Made by a program: the position numbers and the translations under genes. This document shows positions 24,610-36,948 of a stretch of DNA of 64,000 nt, piece by piece. Source of the DNA: Zootoca vivipara (taxonomy: Eukaryota); contig NC_083288.1 in NCBI RefSeq assembly GCF_963506605.1, positions 29,946,001-30,010,000 on the forward strand, written 5' to 3'. The first letter of the stretch is position 1. Each line of letters starts with the position of its first letter. The notes beneath the pieces were generated by a model. The model saw nothing but the letters and a program-made list of their open reading frames with translations, was not told the DNA's origin and did no database searches.

Positions 24610-25636
24610 CTTTCCAAGACCAGCACCCCAACCTAAAACCAACAACAACAGGCCACAGTACAGTGATATAGACACAGGATATAGGCCCTGTGGTCAATCC
24701 GGATGCCAACTCTCCCCATGGCTATTCGGGCAATGTTTTTACATGCTCTAAACATGTTATCCACAGTTTGTGCTGTGTCAAAGCCTGCTTTCTCCCCTCT
24801 CTACCCCCCCCCCTTAAAAAAAAACACCACTCCCTGCAACATGCATAATTTGTTTTCTACCTCTTTTGCTAGGAATGTAAGACCTTCATATAAATGCTAT
24901 GTGTGTGTGTGTTTTGCAGTGACTTCCTCATAAAAACATGTTTCGAATGACCTGGGCTCGCACACAGTGACATTGGGCTATTTCAGAGCTGGCTTCTAGC
25001 CTGGCACGCTTTCCTGAAATGGTGATGTGACAGGGTCATTCCAGGAAGTGCTGCTGAGACACAACCTTGTCTTCAAAGACCCCCACACTGTTACATGTGC
25101 AAATGGGGTCTTTTGCATAGTTAGAAAACAATTTAATTTATTTTAATTACTCATTCCAGGAAAGTTTGCTACTCTAAAAGCATGTCATCAAAGAGTCTCA
25201 CAAACACAGCAAGTGAGCACATTTGGTTTCAAGCAAGTTGGGCTTTCTATTCTATTCTAGTTTTTTTCTTGTTCCCTCTCTCCATATATATCTCAGCTAC
25301 CTCATTATGTTCATTATGTTTCTTCAGTCTGTCCTGAGCATCTGAGGGAAAAGTAAAAGATGGAGAAATTCTGTTTGGAAGATGAGTGGTCAAAGACACA
25401 AGAGAATGGGGAAGGGGATGATGAGAAGAAAGGGACTGGGAATAAGAAAGTATTTACTTTTCCACATGTATATTATCAGTGCTTTTTTAAAGAAAAAATG
25501 GTACTGGTACACACCCTGAAGTTGATACAGTAAGTGCCACACTTTAAACATTGGGGGGGGGGGGTGTTCAGGACTGCATTTCCTTGAGTACCCCGAGAAA
25601 AAAAGCATGGTGTATTATCAACAGGAGATGCAATTT

Positions 25637-25759
25637 GTTCTCGAAGCTACCAACATGAGTTTGACCAAACTGCAGGCGGCAGTGGAAGACAGGAGTGCCT
25701 GACTTGCTCTGGTCCATGGGGTTACAAAGAGTCAGGCACGACTAAAAGACTAAACAACA
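25637..25759 (+). mobile_element. Bov-B (RTE) LINE 3' stub at the duplication junction
   Basis: GAAGCTACCAACATGAGTTTGACCAAACTG...ACGACTAAAAGACTAAACAACA. Confidence 0.9.
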
Positions 25760-26190
25760 GGGTGCTCTCTCTCAACACAGGAGAGAAAAAGAAGGACCCA
25801 GAACAAAAGCGTGCCTGCCCTTAAAGGTAAAGGGCCCCCTGACCATCAGGTCCAGTTGTGTCCGACTCTGGGGTTGCGGTGCTCATCTCGCTCTATAGGC
25901 AGACAGCTTCCGGGTCATGTGGCCAGCATGACAAAGCTGCTTCTGGCGAACCAGAGCAGCACACGGAAACACCGTTTACCTTCCCGCCAGAGCGGTCCCT
26001 ATTTATCTTAAATGTGCCCTTAAGGCAGGAGAGCACAGAGACAATGGAGAGGTTTTTCCATTTTCTCCCTCCTTTCATAGAAAGGCCCAGTCAGCCTGGG
26101 AGAGTGAAAAATGGTTTCGGGACTGTTTTCCTGTACGTGTTTGCTTGGTACATTTATGAACATTTATTATATATAAATAAGACCCTCATT
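25756..26190 (-). mobile_element. ERV LTR fragment (related to 6619-7325) interrupted by a Sauria SINE piece (25823-26008)
   Basis: Reverse-complement similarity to 6635-6810 and 14155-14225. The SINE has an (ACCTTT) tail and TGCCCTTAA on both sides. Confidence 0.75.
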
Positions 26191-26192
26191 TG

Positions 26193-26280
26193 GAAGTGTG
26201 CATGCACACGAAAGCTCATACCAAAATAAAAACTTAGTTGGTCTTTAAGCCCCTACTGAAGGATTTTTTTTTATTTTGTT
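26193..26280 (+). mobile_element. Penelope-like pseudo-LTR fragment
   Basis: GAAGTGTGCATGCACACGAAAGCTCATACCAAAATAAAAACTTAGTTGGTCTTTAAG, matching the end of the 51822-52561 element. Confidence 0.85.
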
Positions 26281-26694
26281 CCTTTTTGAGATCTAATATC
26301 GATAGAAATGTTTTCAGATTCATGGTTACTGCCACAGTGATAACACATGAATATCTAAGATTGGCATTTGTAGCAGTAAGAACTGCTGAATTGATCAGAC
26401 CAGTCTCTTTGTTAAGGTAATGGCCCTAGTCAGCTTGCAAAGTATCCTTTTTACATGTCTCAAGCATGAAAAATGAGATTTATTTTAGGGTTTCTGGGAA
26501 TAACATAGCCTATACTTGTTTGTCTAATGTCTAATAGTCAGTACTTCTGTCCAGAAATTCTTAATTTTCTTTATTAAGGGTCTCTAAAGGCATTCCCAGC
26601 AAAAAGGTTTTACAGGTGTAAAGGACATAAGGCAACCCTAAAACAGCAGTAAATTCATTCATTTGTTCTTTTTGCATGAATGATAAAATTTACA

Positions 26695-27140
26695 GAAGCA
26701 CATTCAAAGTGTTGGTGCTGACCTTTAAAGCCCTAAACGGCCTCAGCCCAGGATACCCGAAGGAGCGTCTCCACCCCACTGTTCTGCCTGGACACTGAGG
26801 CCCAGTGCCGAGGGCCTTCTGGCGATTCCCTCGCTGCGAGAAGCAAAGTTACAGGGAACCAGGCAGAGGGCCTTCTCGGTAGTGGCGCCCGCCCTGTGGA
26901 ATGCCCTCCCATCAGAGGTGAAAGAGATAAACAACTACCTGACATTTAGAAAACATCTGAAGGCAGCCCTGTTAAGGGAAGTTTTTTATGTGTGATATTT
27001 CAATGTATTTTAATCTGTGTTGAAGGCCGCCCAGAGTGGCTGGGGATACCCAGCCGGATAGGCGGGGTACAAATAAAAAATTGTTTTTGTTGTTGTTAAT
27101 GTTGTTGTTGTAATAAATAAATAAATAAATAAATAAATAA
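26695..27140 (+). mobile_element. L2 LINE 3' end (duplicate of 15950-16335)
   Basis: Same sequence and same flanks. Confidence 0.85.
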
Positions 27141-27373
27141 ATAGCACTGTCATCCTGAGGTTCTGAGTCTCAGGTTGTGTCACCAAAAAACCGCTTTGCT
27201 GAAGCTTGGTCTTGATGCTGGTTCAGCTCCACAACAGTTCTGTCAAACAGATTAACATTCAGGAAATAAAAATTACAACCCTTTGTACATAGAAACATCA
27301 TTTACAACAAATAGCTGCATCTGTAAATGCTTTGTTGAGCCAGCCTCTCAACAATGTTCTATTTTCTCTAGAG

Positions 27374-27787
27374 CAGTGGTTCCCAACAGGTGGTCCGGGG
27401 ACCCCCAGGGGTCCGCGAGCTATGCCAGAGGGGTCTGCAAGATTCTATTAGAATAAAAAATATATTAAATATATTTCGTATGATAACAGATTTTTTGTTT
27501 TGGCCGCTTCCTGCATGAGCAGAGTCTAGCGCAAAACTAGAATTAGATAGAGGCAGTAGTTCTGCTGTATGCTGTTAGGTGGCGCTTTACAAACACTACT
27601 GTTTTGCAAAGAGGCAGCGCGCGCATTCTACTAATGCTCACCTCCCCAAGATGCTTTGCGCGCGTCGGCTTCATTTGTGCGCTACTGCGCAGGTACCCTG
27701 TCTTTTAGGATTAGGAATTAATGGGGGTCCTTGTCACAATAGCGGCTAGATGAGGGGTCCTCGAGAAAATTTTGTTGGGAACCCCTG
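27374..27787. mobile_element. hAT (Charlie-like) MITE, 414 bp
   Basis: TIRs CAGTGGTTCCCAACA / TGTTGGGAACCCCTG; perfect 8-bp TSD CTCTAGAG. Confidence 0.93.
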
Positions 27788-28436
27788 CTCTAGAGGGAAC
27801 AGATGTAAAAGGCAATATAGAACAACGCTTTGCAGGTACAGTATAGTACTTGCACGTTAAGCCAAAACCAGATCATCAAGGGAACAAAATAGAATAAATT
27901 ACAGACATTAACATTTCTATTGCCTTTTTGGTGCCAATCATCTATTTAGGTTAGTGTGGAAACCAGCAAAGAAAAGGCAAAGGGAAAAAAATTTCTAATC
28001 AGATGCACTGGGCTCTTGGGAAATGCACTAGGCTCTCCAGGAAATAAAAATAAAAAAAAACACAGAATAATGAATTGCTTCGCACAGCAGAAGAACCTCA
28101 GTATTGGTTGATACACACAGAGGGCTAAGTTTCAAAGAAATAATGAAGAAAGTTCAAAGAAATGGGTGAACTATGCTGTGATTTGTCTGCCCATTGCAAA
28201 CATTGTTGAGATGATAAATTTCACTCTACATATATATGCAACATAATACTTCAAAGTCTTCCTCCTAAACAACTGGAGCCTCTGCTTTGAAAACTGCTGC
28301 ATTTGAGCTGATAGGAGATTTCTGCCTGGAACCGGTGATTGTTACTTCAATAATGTAAGTGAGTACATCCATTTTCAATCGTTTAATAGTAAAATTCTAT
28401 GCTCAGAGTATGTCTCATTAAATTTAGTGGGACTTA

Positions 28437-28780
28437 AAGGTAAAGGTAAAGGGACCCCTGACCATTAGGTCCAGTCGTGACCGACTCTGGGGTTGCGACG
28501 CTCATCTCGCTTTATTGGTTGAGGAAGCCGGCGTACCGTTTCCAGCTCATGTGGCCAGCATGACAAAGCCGTTTCTGGCGAACCAGAGCAGCGCACGGAA
28601 ACACCGTTCACCTTCCCGCCGGAGCGGTACCTATTTATCTACTTGCACTTTGTGCTTTTGAACTGCTAGGTTGGCAGGAGCTGGGACCGAACAACAGGAG
28701 CTCACCCCGTTGCGGGGATTCGAACTGTCGACCTTCTGAACGGCAAGCCCTAGGCTCTGTGGTTTAACCCACAGCGCCAC
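28437..28780 (-). mobile_element. Sauria SINE, near full length
   Basis: (ACCTTT)n tail and tRNA-like head; empty site GGGACTTACTCCC near 17362. Confidence 0.95.
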
Positions 28781-29582
28781 TTACTCCCAGCTAACTGTTC
28801 ACAGGATTGCAGCCTACATTACTAAAATGTACGTTTTGTTATTAAATGTACGTTTTGTTATTAAAAATCAATTGTAACTGTTCAGTACAGATGTGATAAC
28901 ACTCAACCTTTAGATGTATTGCAATTTAGTAGTTTCATGGTGCAATCTCCCTTTGCAGTTTCTTTTTTCAAGTGTAACCATATTAAGGACCATGAATACT
29001 CTCTCTGAGTCCAGTCCTTGAACTTTGGAGCGTGCTGGAACTACCAAGAGGCCCTTTTACCAATCTGAACACAAGGCACAGTCTATAGAGAAGGATACAA
29101 TCTCAGATATAAGGAGATCAATTCACTTAGCATTCTAAATATGAGTAGTTAAATTGTGCCAAGAAGCTAATTTGTAAGCCACTGCAGGTGTTTCGTGAGT
29201 TCAAAATTGAACCTTGATCAGTAATAAGACTGTTGCATTGTTAAGCAGCTGGAATTTCTGAGAGATATACATATTCTTCTCACGACTAAAGTAGTTTTAC
29301 AGAGTTTTCTCCTGTGCCCCAAAACTTCTCATCCATTCAGGATGCATCTATGACATCCACTTTGTTGTACTATGAGGAAAATGTTGCAGGGGCAACAGGG
29401 TTATCACAGTCCTCCCTATGTGAAGCAAACGTATAGTGGATTGCAGCACTGCCCATAACATTAATAAATATGGATTTAAATTCTCTGCATGCAAGCATTA
29501 AATGAAATGGAGAATCAGTTCTGATATTTGATGGGATTATCTCTCCCTCACAGGTAGCACACAATCTTGTGTGACATACAAA

Positions 29583-30575
29583 ATGCATAATCTGACATCC
29601 ACATCTGGATTTCTACTTCTAGAATTTTCTCAGATCCGAGAACTACAGATACTACACTTCTTTGTGTTCCTGGGACTATACTTGATAACGGTAATTGGGA
29701 ATCTTTTGATCATCTTAGTAATAGCCCTTGACCATCACCTGCATACACCAATGTACTTCTTCCTCATGAACTTGGCCGTTTCTGATATTGGCTCAGTTTC
29801 TGTCACTCTACCCAAATCCATGGTTAACTCACTCATGAACAACAGTCACATTCAATATGCTGAATGTGTCCCTCAAGTTTTCTTCTTTTTCTGCTTTGAA
29901 TGCTCTGACTTAATCCTGTCAACCATAATGGCACATGACAGGTATGTTGCCATTTGCAAACAAATGCAATATGAAGTAATTATGAACAAAGGGGCCTGCA
30001 TTCAGATGATAACCACAGCATGGATCACCAGTATTCTCTATGCTGTGCTGCACACTGCAGGCACATTTTCAATTTCCTTCTGTTCCAATCGTGTTGATCA
30101 ATTCTTTTGTGAAGTCCCAAAACTACTAAAATTGTCTTGCTCTGACTTATACCTAGTTGAAGTTGGATTTCTTGTATTTAGCTGTATTTCTGTTTTTGGA
30201 TGCTTTGTCTTCATCATTGTAACTTATGCGTGGATCTTGACGGCAGTCCTCAAAATGCCTTCTGAACAGGGACGGCATAAAGCCCTCTCCACCTGCCTGC
30301 CCCACCTCCTCGTTGTCTCTGTATTTGTCTCCACTGGGATCTTTGCCTACACCAGACCACCTAATAGTAATAGCCCATCTGGCCTGGATCTAGTCTTTGC
30401 TGTGATATATACGTTACTTCCTCCTATGATGAATCCCTTCATCTATAGCATGAGAAATAAAGAGATCCAAACAGCACTGAGGAAGCTCTTGAGCCTTAAA
30501 CACTTTTGTGACACTTTCCCCAGATATAACCAGAAATGCTTGGGATTACCTATAATATTCCTGCCCAGGAGCTGA
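29583..30575 (+). CDS. Olfactory receptor, OR14-like (OR-C, 330 aa); intact ORF with an altered IC2 motif
   Basis: Complete OR ORF with ATG at 29583; MAHDRYVAICKQMQY instead of ...CNPLQY. Confidence 0.92.
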   Translation: MHNLTSTSGFLLLEFSQIRELQILHFFVFLGLYLITVIGNLLIILVIALDHHLHTPMYFFLMNLAVSDIGSVSVTLPKSMVNSLMNNSHIQYAECVPQVFFFFCFECSDLILSTIMAHDRYVAICKQMQYEVIMNKGACIQMITTAWITSILYAVLHTAGTFSISFCSNRVDQFFCEVPKLLKLSCSDLYLVEVGFLVFSCISVFGCFVFIIVTYAWILTAVLKMPSEQGRHKALSTCLPHLLVVSVFVSTGIFAYTRPPNSNSPSGLDLVFAVIYTLLPPMMNPFIYSMRNKEIQTALRKLLSLKHFCDTFPRYNQKCLGLPIIFLPRS

Positions 30576-30731
30576 AAGTGTTGAGATCTGCTAAAGAATT
30601 CCCATCACGGGAGACAGATAAAATGTGGGGACACAGGAGTTGTCCTTCCCTGTCTGCTAATAGTTATCATAACCGCTACATATTATCTCTTTTAGTTTAC
30701 ACTGTCATTTGAAGAATATATCTTATCTATT

Positions 30732-31164
30732 ATCCAGTAGTGATGTATGGAAGTGAGAGCTGGACCATCAAGAAGGCTGATCGCCTAAGAATTGATGCTT
30801 TTGAATTATGGTGCTGGAGGAGACTCTTGAGAGTCCCATGGACTGCAAGAAGATCAAACCTATCCATTCTTAAGGAAATCAGCCCTGAGTGCTCCCTGGA
30901 AGGACAGATCATGAAGATGAGGCTCCAATACTTTGGCCACCTCATGAGAAGAGAAGAATCCTTGGAAAAGACCCTGATGTTGGGAAAGATTGAGGGCACT
31001 AGGAGAAGGGGACGACAGAGGACGAGATGGTTGGACAGTGTTCTTGAAGCTACGAACATGAGTTTGACCAAACTGCGGGAGGCAGTGGAAGACAGGAGTG
31101 CCTGGCGTGCTATGCTCCATGGGGTCACAAAGAGTCAGACACGACTAAACGACTAAACAACAAC
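30732..31164 (+). mobile_element. Bov-B (RTE) LINE 3' end
   Basis: MYGSESWTIKKADR.RIDAFELWCWRRLLRVPW; (CAA)n tail; 12-bp TSD ATCTTATCTATT; empty site near 19057. Confidence 0.96.
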
Positions 31165-31627
31165 ATCTTATCTATTTATTATTTATTACTGATGATGTAT
31201 GCTTGTTTTTACTGATGCTGATAGTGTTGTTGGGTAGGGCTTGATGTCTCTTTTGTGTTTGTGAATTTGGGGTGTGCTAGTAGTTATAATGGCCACTACG
31301 TTATCTCGTTTAGTGTATATTGATGTTTTAATAATATATCTTATTTATTTGCTGTGTTTAGCTTTGTTTTTATACTGAGGTGGTTTCATTATTATTGATG
31401 ATGCATGCTAATGGTATTCTATTTTAGGCTTATTGATGTAAAGCCTGAGATTTGCATTAAGCATAGGATATAAACATTTTACAGAAGAATAAATAGCAAA
31501 GTTCTTCCTTGATCAGAATCCGCCTCCCATGTTTAACCTTATTTGCTTGCACCATTTTAGCTTTTCCACAGATTCCCCTCATGATCAGCACATGCATGTG
31601 TAATCTCCAGCATTTCATCCATGATTT

Positions 31628-31895
31628 GCATGTGGATACCTTTTAACCACCCACAAGACATAAATTCAGACATGACTCAATTTTTTGGTTTGGTTTTTGT
31701 AGAATTTAGGCCACAACTTTATTGATTACAATCAAGGGAATGGTTGCACAGGCTCTAGTTTGGCTAGCTATCTGCAGCCCTGCAGGCAGCACTGACCCTG
31801 GGCACCAACTATAGGTCAGCCTTGGGTGAACACCTGGGACAGACGGCAAACAGGAGCCCTGCTAGACCTCCACCCAGATATCCCCTGGACTCAGG
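31628..31895 (-). mobile_element. LTR-like element 3' part (duplicate of 19940-20200)
   Basis: GGCCACAACTTTATT motif and the same insertion point in the OR 3' flank. Confidence 0.7.
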
Positions 31896-32160
31896 GCTGT
31901 CTCAAGCAGGTTGGCCGCCCTGGCGCTGAGGGGCGCAGATCCTTTTACTTCATCCCATTTGCTACTTGTTTCCATGTTTAGAAGTAAAAGGAGGTAAGCA
32001 GAAACAGCAAAAGGACACAGGCCGTGGAGCCTGTGGAGCGATCAGGGAGGGAGGATCAGGCACTGGAAGGAAAGGCTAGATAAAAGAAGGGAAAAAGAAG
32101 TGAGTAAATAAGGCAAATAAAATCATAAGCTTAGTCAGCTAAGGAGAGGTATAGCTATGG

Positions 32161-32406
32161 CAGGGACCCCAAACTAAGGCCCGGGGGCCGGATGTGGCCC
32201 AATCTAAATCTGGCCCGTTGACAGTCTGGGAATCAGCATGTTTTTATATGAGCAGAATGTGTCCTTTTATTTAACATGCATCTCTGGGTTATTTGTGGGG
32301 CATAGGAATTTGTTCATTCCCCCCCCCCAAAAAAAAATAGTCCGGCCCCCCACAAGGTCTGAGGGACAGTGGACCAGCCCCCTGCTGAAACGTTTGTTGA
32401 CCGCTG
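32161..32406. mobile_element. hAT MITE (only the 3' end is retained in copy 1, 21130-21220)
   Basis: CAGGGACCCCAAAC...GTTTGTTGACCGCTG; flanks AGCTATGG and A(G/A)CTACAG are consistent with a CpG-decayed 8-bp TSD AGCTACGG. Confidence 0.8.
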
Positions 32407-32471
32407 AACTACAGCCTCGAACGATGAGGACGTTCCCCAGCTCTGTTTGACAGCGCGAAGCAGGTGCCTGC

Positions 32472-33007
32472 CATAGAATCATAGAGTTGGAGGAGACCAC
32501 AAGGGCCATCCAATCCAACCCCCTGCCAAGCAGGAAACACCATCAAGGCATTCCTGACAGATGGCTGTCAAGCCTCTGCTTAAAGACCTCCAAAGAAGGA
32601 GACTCCACCACACTCCTTGGCAGCAAATTCCACTGTCGAACAGCTCTTACTGTCAGGAAGTTCTTCCTAATGTTTAAGTGGAATCTTCTTTCTTGTAGCT
32701 TGAATCCGTTGCTCCGTGTCCGCTTCTCTGGAGCAGCAGAAAACAACCTTTCTCCCTTCTCTATATGACATCCTTTTATATATTTATTTTTATATATTTG
32801 AACATGCCTATCATATCACCCCTTAATGGTCCAGCTTGTCAGTATCCTTCTTGAACTGTGGTGCCCTGAACTGGACACAGTACTCCAGGTGAGGTCTGAC
32901 CAGAGCGGAATACAGTAGTACTATTACTTCCCTTGATCTAGATGCTATACTCCTATTGATGCAGCCCAGAATTGCATTGGCTTTTTTAGCTGTTGCATCA
33001 CACTGTT
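32472..33007 (-). mobile_element. CR1 LINE 3' end (duplicate of 21286-22111, internally deleted)
   Basis: Same sequence and tail. Confidence 0.93.
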
Positions 33008-33194
33008 GAAGATGATCCCACTTATCACTGTGCCATTAATCATGAATCTGAAGCCATTCCTATCGATATTAAATCTCAAAAAGGAAGTAGGCATTGTGTT
33101 TTCTAGTGCTTTGTGGGAAAACAGCATGAATCTTCAGTCTAATCTTCCAATTCAAAATTTAAAAGAAACACAAAATGGAAAAGGGTGATGAATC

Positions 33195-33239
<45 letters not shown>

Positions 33240-34074
33240 AGCACTTGAAAGATTTCAATAAGCACAAGGGGACACTCTTTTGATGGTAGTTCCTTGAGTG
33301 TTGGCTGTTATTCCTTTTCAGGAGCATGACAAAAATATCTACAAGGTGGCTTTTGTGACAGAGCACTGGTTTTCTCTTGCAGAGAAAAATCATTGCACCA
33401 CCTTAGCCTTTTGCATTTGGTTTACTTATTGATATACTGCAACAAAATATGAAAAGAACATATAGCATTGTTGTATTAAGTGGTTTTTTGGTTTGGTTTT
33501 AAAGACAAATAGGAGACGGTATGTATCATGCCGCCACAACCACCACCACCCCACCATTGCCCCTTGTCACCCTCTTGCTCCCTCCCTCCCCCCTCATTGC
33601 ACCTTTTCAACTTCCTCCACCACTGCTTCCAATTGCTGCAGGCAGAGCCTCCTGGAGGTGATTTGGCATGACCCATACAATCACCAAAGCACCTTTCAGG
33701 AAGGTGCCTGCCAATCATTAAAAGGTCAGGCCAGAGCCTATTCTGGCCTATAGTTTTCCTACCACTTGGATGGTGTGGCATCCAGGGGGAGCCTCCTGCC
33801 TCCTTCTGCAAGCATGAATCACTATCACTTTATTGCAACTCAATGGACTGTAGTGCCTTCGCCTACGGAGTCCAATCATGGGGATACAACATAATGGGTT
33901 TAAAGGCGACCCAAATATTTAAAGCAAATCCTTTAATCCTATCACAATATTAGTCTGTATCAATACATCTATACACAAACAAACAATTTGACTTGGATAG
34001 GTGTGTAGCTTCTTACTTCTAATAACCATCCTGTGTATTTATTCATTTCTAGTTAGTATATATCACAGGAAAGA

Positions 34075-34725
34075 CTAGATCCAGATCAGATGAGCTATTG
34101 CTAGAAGTTCTTGCATGAGCAAAGAGTCCAGTAAACAGGAGCACAGAGAAAACAAGGCGAAGGGGCAGGCAAGTGGAAAGGGCCATATGCCATTAATAAT
34201 ATTGATATTGATATTGATATTGATATTGATAATAATAGTATGCCACTGTTCAGAATGGATTTTGAGGACAGCAGTTAAGATCCACACTGAAGTTATAACA
34301 CGGAAGATAAAGCAGCCTAATGTTATGATAGTGCTAAATACAAGAAATCCAACTTCAGATAGGAACAAGGCAGAGCAAGACAAATTTAGTATAGTGGTAC
34401 CTCGCAAGACGAATGCCCTGCAAGATGAATTTTTCGCAAGACGAATGCGTCTTGCGATCTGATGGTGACTCGCAAGACGAATTCGTTTTGCGAAAAATTC
34501 GTCTTGTGAATCGCGGTTTCCCATAGGAATGCATTGGAATATAATTAATGCGTTCCTATGGGCAAAATAAATAAATAAATAAATTTCAATTTCAATGCAT
34601 TCCTATGGGAAACCGCGATTTGCAAGACGAATTTATCGGAAAAGGAATTGACTCGCGGAACAAATTAAATTCGTCTTGCAAGGTACCACTGTAGTTTTGC
34701 ATTTCACAGAAATATTGGTACAATA
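34075..34725 (-). pseudogene. OR fragment (EC2-EC3) with MITE and microsatellite insertions
   Basis: LNLSCSALFLSEVGFLVFS...WILTAVLKIHSEQ; inverted paralogue of 12490-12740. Confidence 0.88.
34392..34691. mobile_element. Tc1/mariner (Tigger-like) MITE
   Basis: TA|TAGTGGTACCTCGCAAGACGAAT...ATTCGTCTTGCAAGGTACCACTG|TA; empty site near 12523. Confidence 0.9.
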
Positions 34726-35280
34726 TAGCTGGTATGGTTGATTGACTTGCTGTTGCAGTTTTGAAAAGTAATGGCGTTAGCTGAACTGTTCCTATGTAAG
34801 ACTCTTGAGAAAAATACACCATTAATACCAGGCATTAATATCACATGTTAATAGAAAAACAGGAAGATAATCCTACAATCCTTCTTTCTTAAAAACTCCA
34901 GAAAACATGGTTGGAATGCAGGGAGATTACACATACATGTGCTGAAAGCTAAAATGGTGCAAGCAAACATGGTTAAACATGGGAGGCAAGATATTTACAT
35001 CTATGCTTAATCCAGAGATCTCACTCTGTACATCAATAAGCCTAAAATACACCATCATCACCATACATAATCAAAAATAAAGAAACCACCTCAGTATAAA
35101 AACAAAGTGAAACAAAGCAAATAGATAAGATATATTCTTAAAAGATCAATATAAACTAAAATATATAATATGTAGTGGTCATGATTACTACCGGCATAGA
35201 GGGAAGGACCACCCCTATGTCCCCACATTTTATCTGTCTCCAGTGATGGGACTTCTTTATCAGATCTCATCTCAACACTT

Positions 35281-36270
35281 TCAGCTCCTGGGCAGGAATA
35301 TTCTAGGAAATCCCAAGGATTTCTGGATGTACCCGGGAACAGTGTCACAAAAGTGTTTAAGGCTCAATAGCTTCCTCAATGCTGTTTGGATCTCTTTATT
35401 TCTCATGCTATAGATGAAGGGATTCATCATAGGAGGAAGTATTGCATATATCACACCAAAGACTAGATCCATCCCAGATGAGCTATTACTAGGTGATCTG
35501 ATGTAGGCAAAGAGCCCAGTGAACATAAGCAGAGAGACAACCAGGAGATGGGGCAGGCAGGTGGACAGGGCCTTATGCCGTCCCTGTTCAGAAGGCATTT
35601 TGAGGACTCCAGTCAAGATCCACGCATAAGTTACAATGATGAAGACAAAGCACCCAAACGCAGAAATACAGCTAAATGCAAGAAGTCCAACTTCAACTAT
35701 GTATAAGTCAGAGCAAGACAATTTTAGTAGTTGTGGGATTTCACAGAAGAATTGATCAACACGATTGGAGCAGAAGGTAATTGAAAATGTGCCTGCAGTG
35801 TGCAGCACAGCATAGAGAATACTGGTGATCCATGACATGGTTATCATTTCAATGTAGGCCCCTTTGTTCATAATTACTTCATATTGCAGTGGATTACAGA
35901 TGGCCACATACCTGTCATGTGCCATTATGGTTAACAGGATTAAGTCAGAGCATCCAAAGAGGAAAAAGAAAAAAACTTGAGTGACACATTCACCATAAGA
36001 AATGTGACTGTTGTTCATGATTGAACTAACCATGGATTTCGGTCCAATGGCAGATACTGTCCCAATATCGGAAATGGCCAAGTTCATGAGGAAGAAGTAC
36101 ATTGGTATATGCAGGTGATGGTCAAGGGCTATTACAAAGATGATCAAAAGATTCCCGATTACCGTTATCAAGTATAGTCCTAGGAACACAAAGAAGTGTA
36201 GTATCTGTAGTTCTCGGATCTGAGAAAATTCTAGAAGTAGAAATCCAGATGTGAGAGTCAGATTACGCAT
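35281..36270 (-). CDS. Olfactory receptor, OR14-like (OR-D, 329 aa)
   Basis: Complete set of OR motifs; inverted relative to OR-A, OR-B and OR-C. Confidence 0.96.
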   Translation of the reverse strand: MRNLTLTSGFLLLEFSQIRELQILHFFVFLGLYLITVIGNLLIIFVIALDHHLHIPMYFFLMNLAISDIGTVSAIGPKSMVSSIMNNSHISYGECVTQVFFFFLFGCSDLILLTIMAHDRYVAICNPLQYEVIMNKGAYIEMITMSWITSILYAVLHTAGTFSITFCSNRVDQFFCEIPQLLKLSCSDLYIVEVGLLAFSCISAFGCFVFIIVTYAWILTGVLKMPSEQGRHKALSTCLPHLLVVSLLMFTGLFAYIRSPSNSSSGMDLVFGVIYAILPPMMNPFIYSMRNKEIQTALRKLLSLKHFCDTVPGYIQKSLGFPRIFLPRS

Positions 36271-36902
36271 TTTGTATGTCCCTCAGAATTGGGTGCTACC
36301 TGTGAGGGAGAGAAAATCCCATCAAATATCAGAACTGATTCTCCATTTTATGTCATGCTTGTATGCAGACAATTTAAATTCATATTTATTAATAAAATAG
36401 GCAGTGCTGCTGCCGATTGAAATGTGTGCTTCATGTAGGGAGGATTGTGATAATTCTGCTGCCCCAGCAACATTTTCCTCATAATACAACAAAGTGGATG
36501 TCATACAGTATATGCATTTCAATGGATGATAAGCTTTGGGGCATAGGAGAAAATTCTGTATAACTACTTTAGCCTTGAAAAGAATATGTAGATTTCTCAG
36601 AAATTCCAGCTGCTTCACAATGCAACAGTCTTATTACTGACTAGGGTTCAATTTTGAACTCACCAATCACCTACATTGGCTTACAAATTAGTTTCTCGGC
36701 ACAATTTAACTACTCATATTACTATTTAGAATGCTAAGTGAATTGGTCTCCTAATATCTGAGATTGTCGCCTTCCCTATAGACTCTGCCTTGTGTTAAGA
36801 TTGGCAGAGGGGCCCCTCTTTCAAAAAAGTTGAATTTTGCACTTTCATTGTAGAGTTTACACCATATAATGAAGGTGCATATCTTTACCCTAGTTCTTGA
36901 CA

Positions 36903-36948
<46 letters not shown>

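Larger units (their letters stand above)
14386..25638 (+). repeat. Copy 1 of a ~12 kb tandem segmental duplication
   Basis: Colinear homology with 26514-38532 (L2, OR upstream region, OR, LTR-like element, CR1, inverted OR unit, LTR-like element, hAT). Confidence 0.9.
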
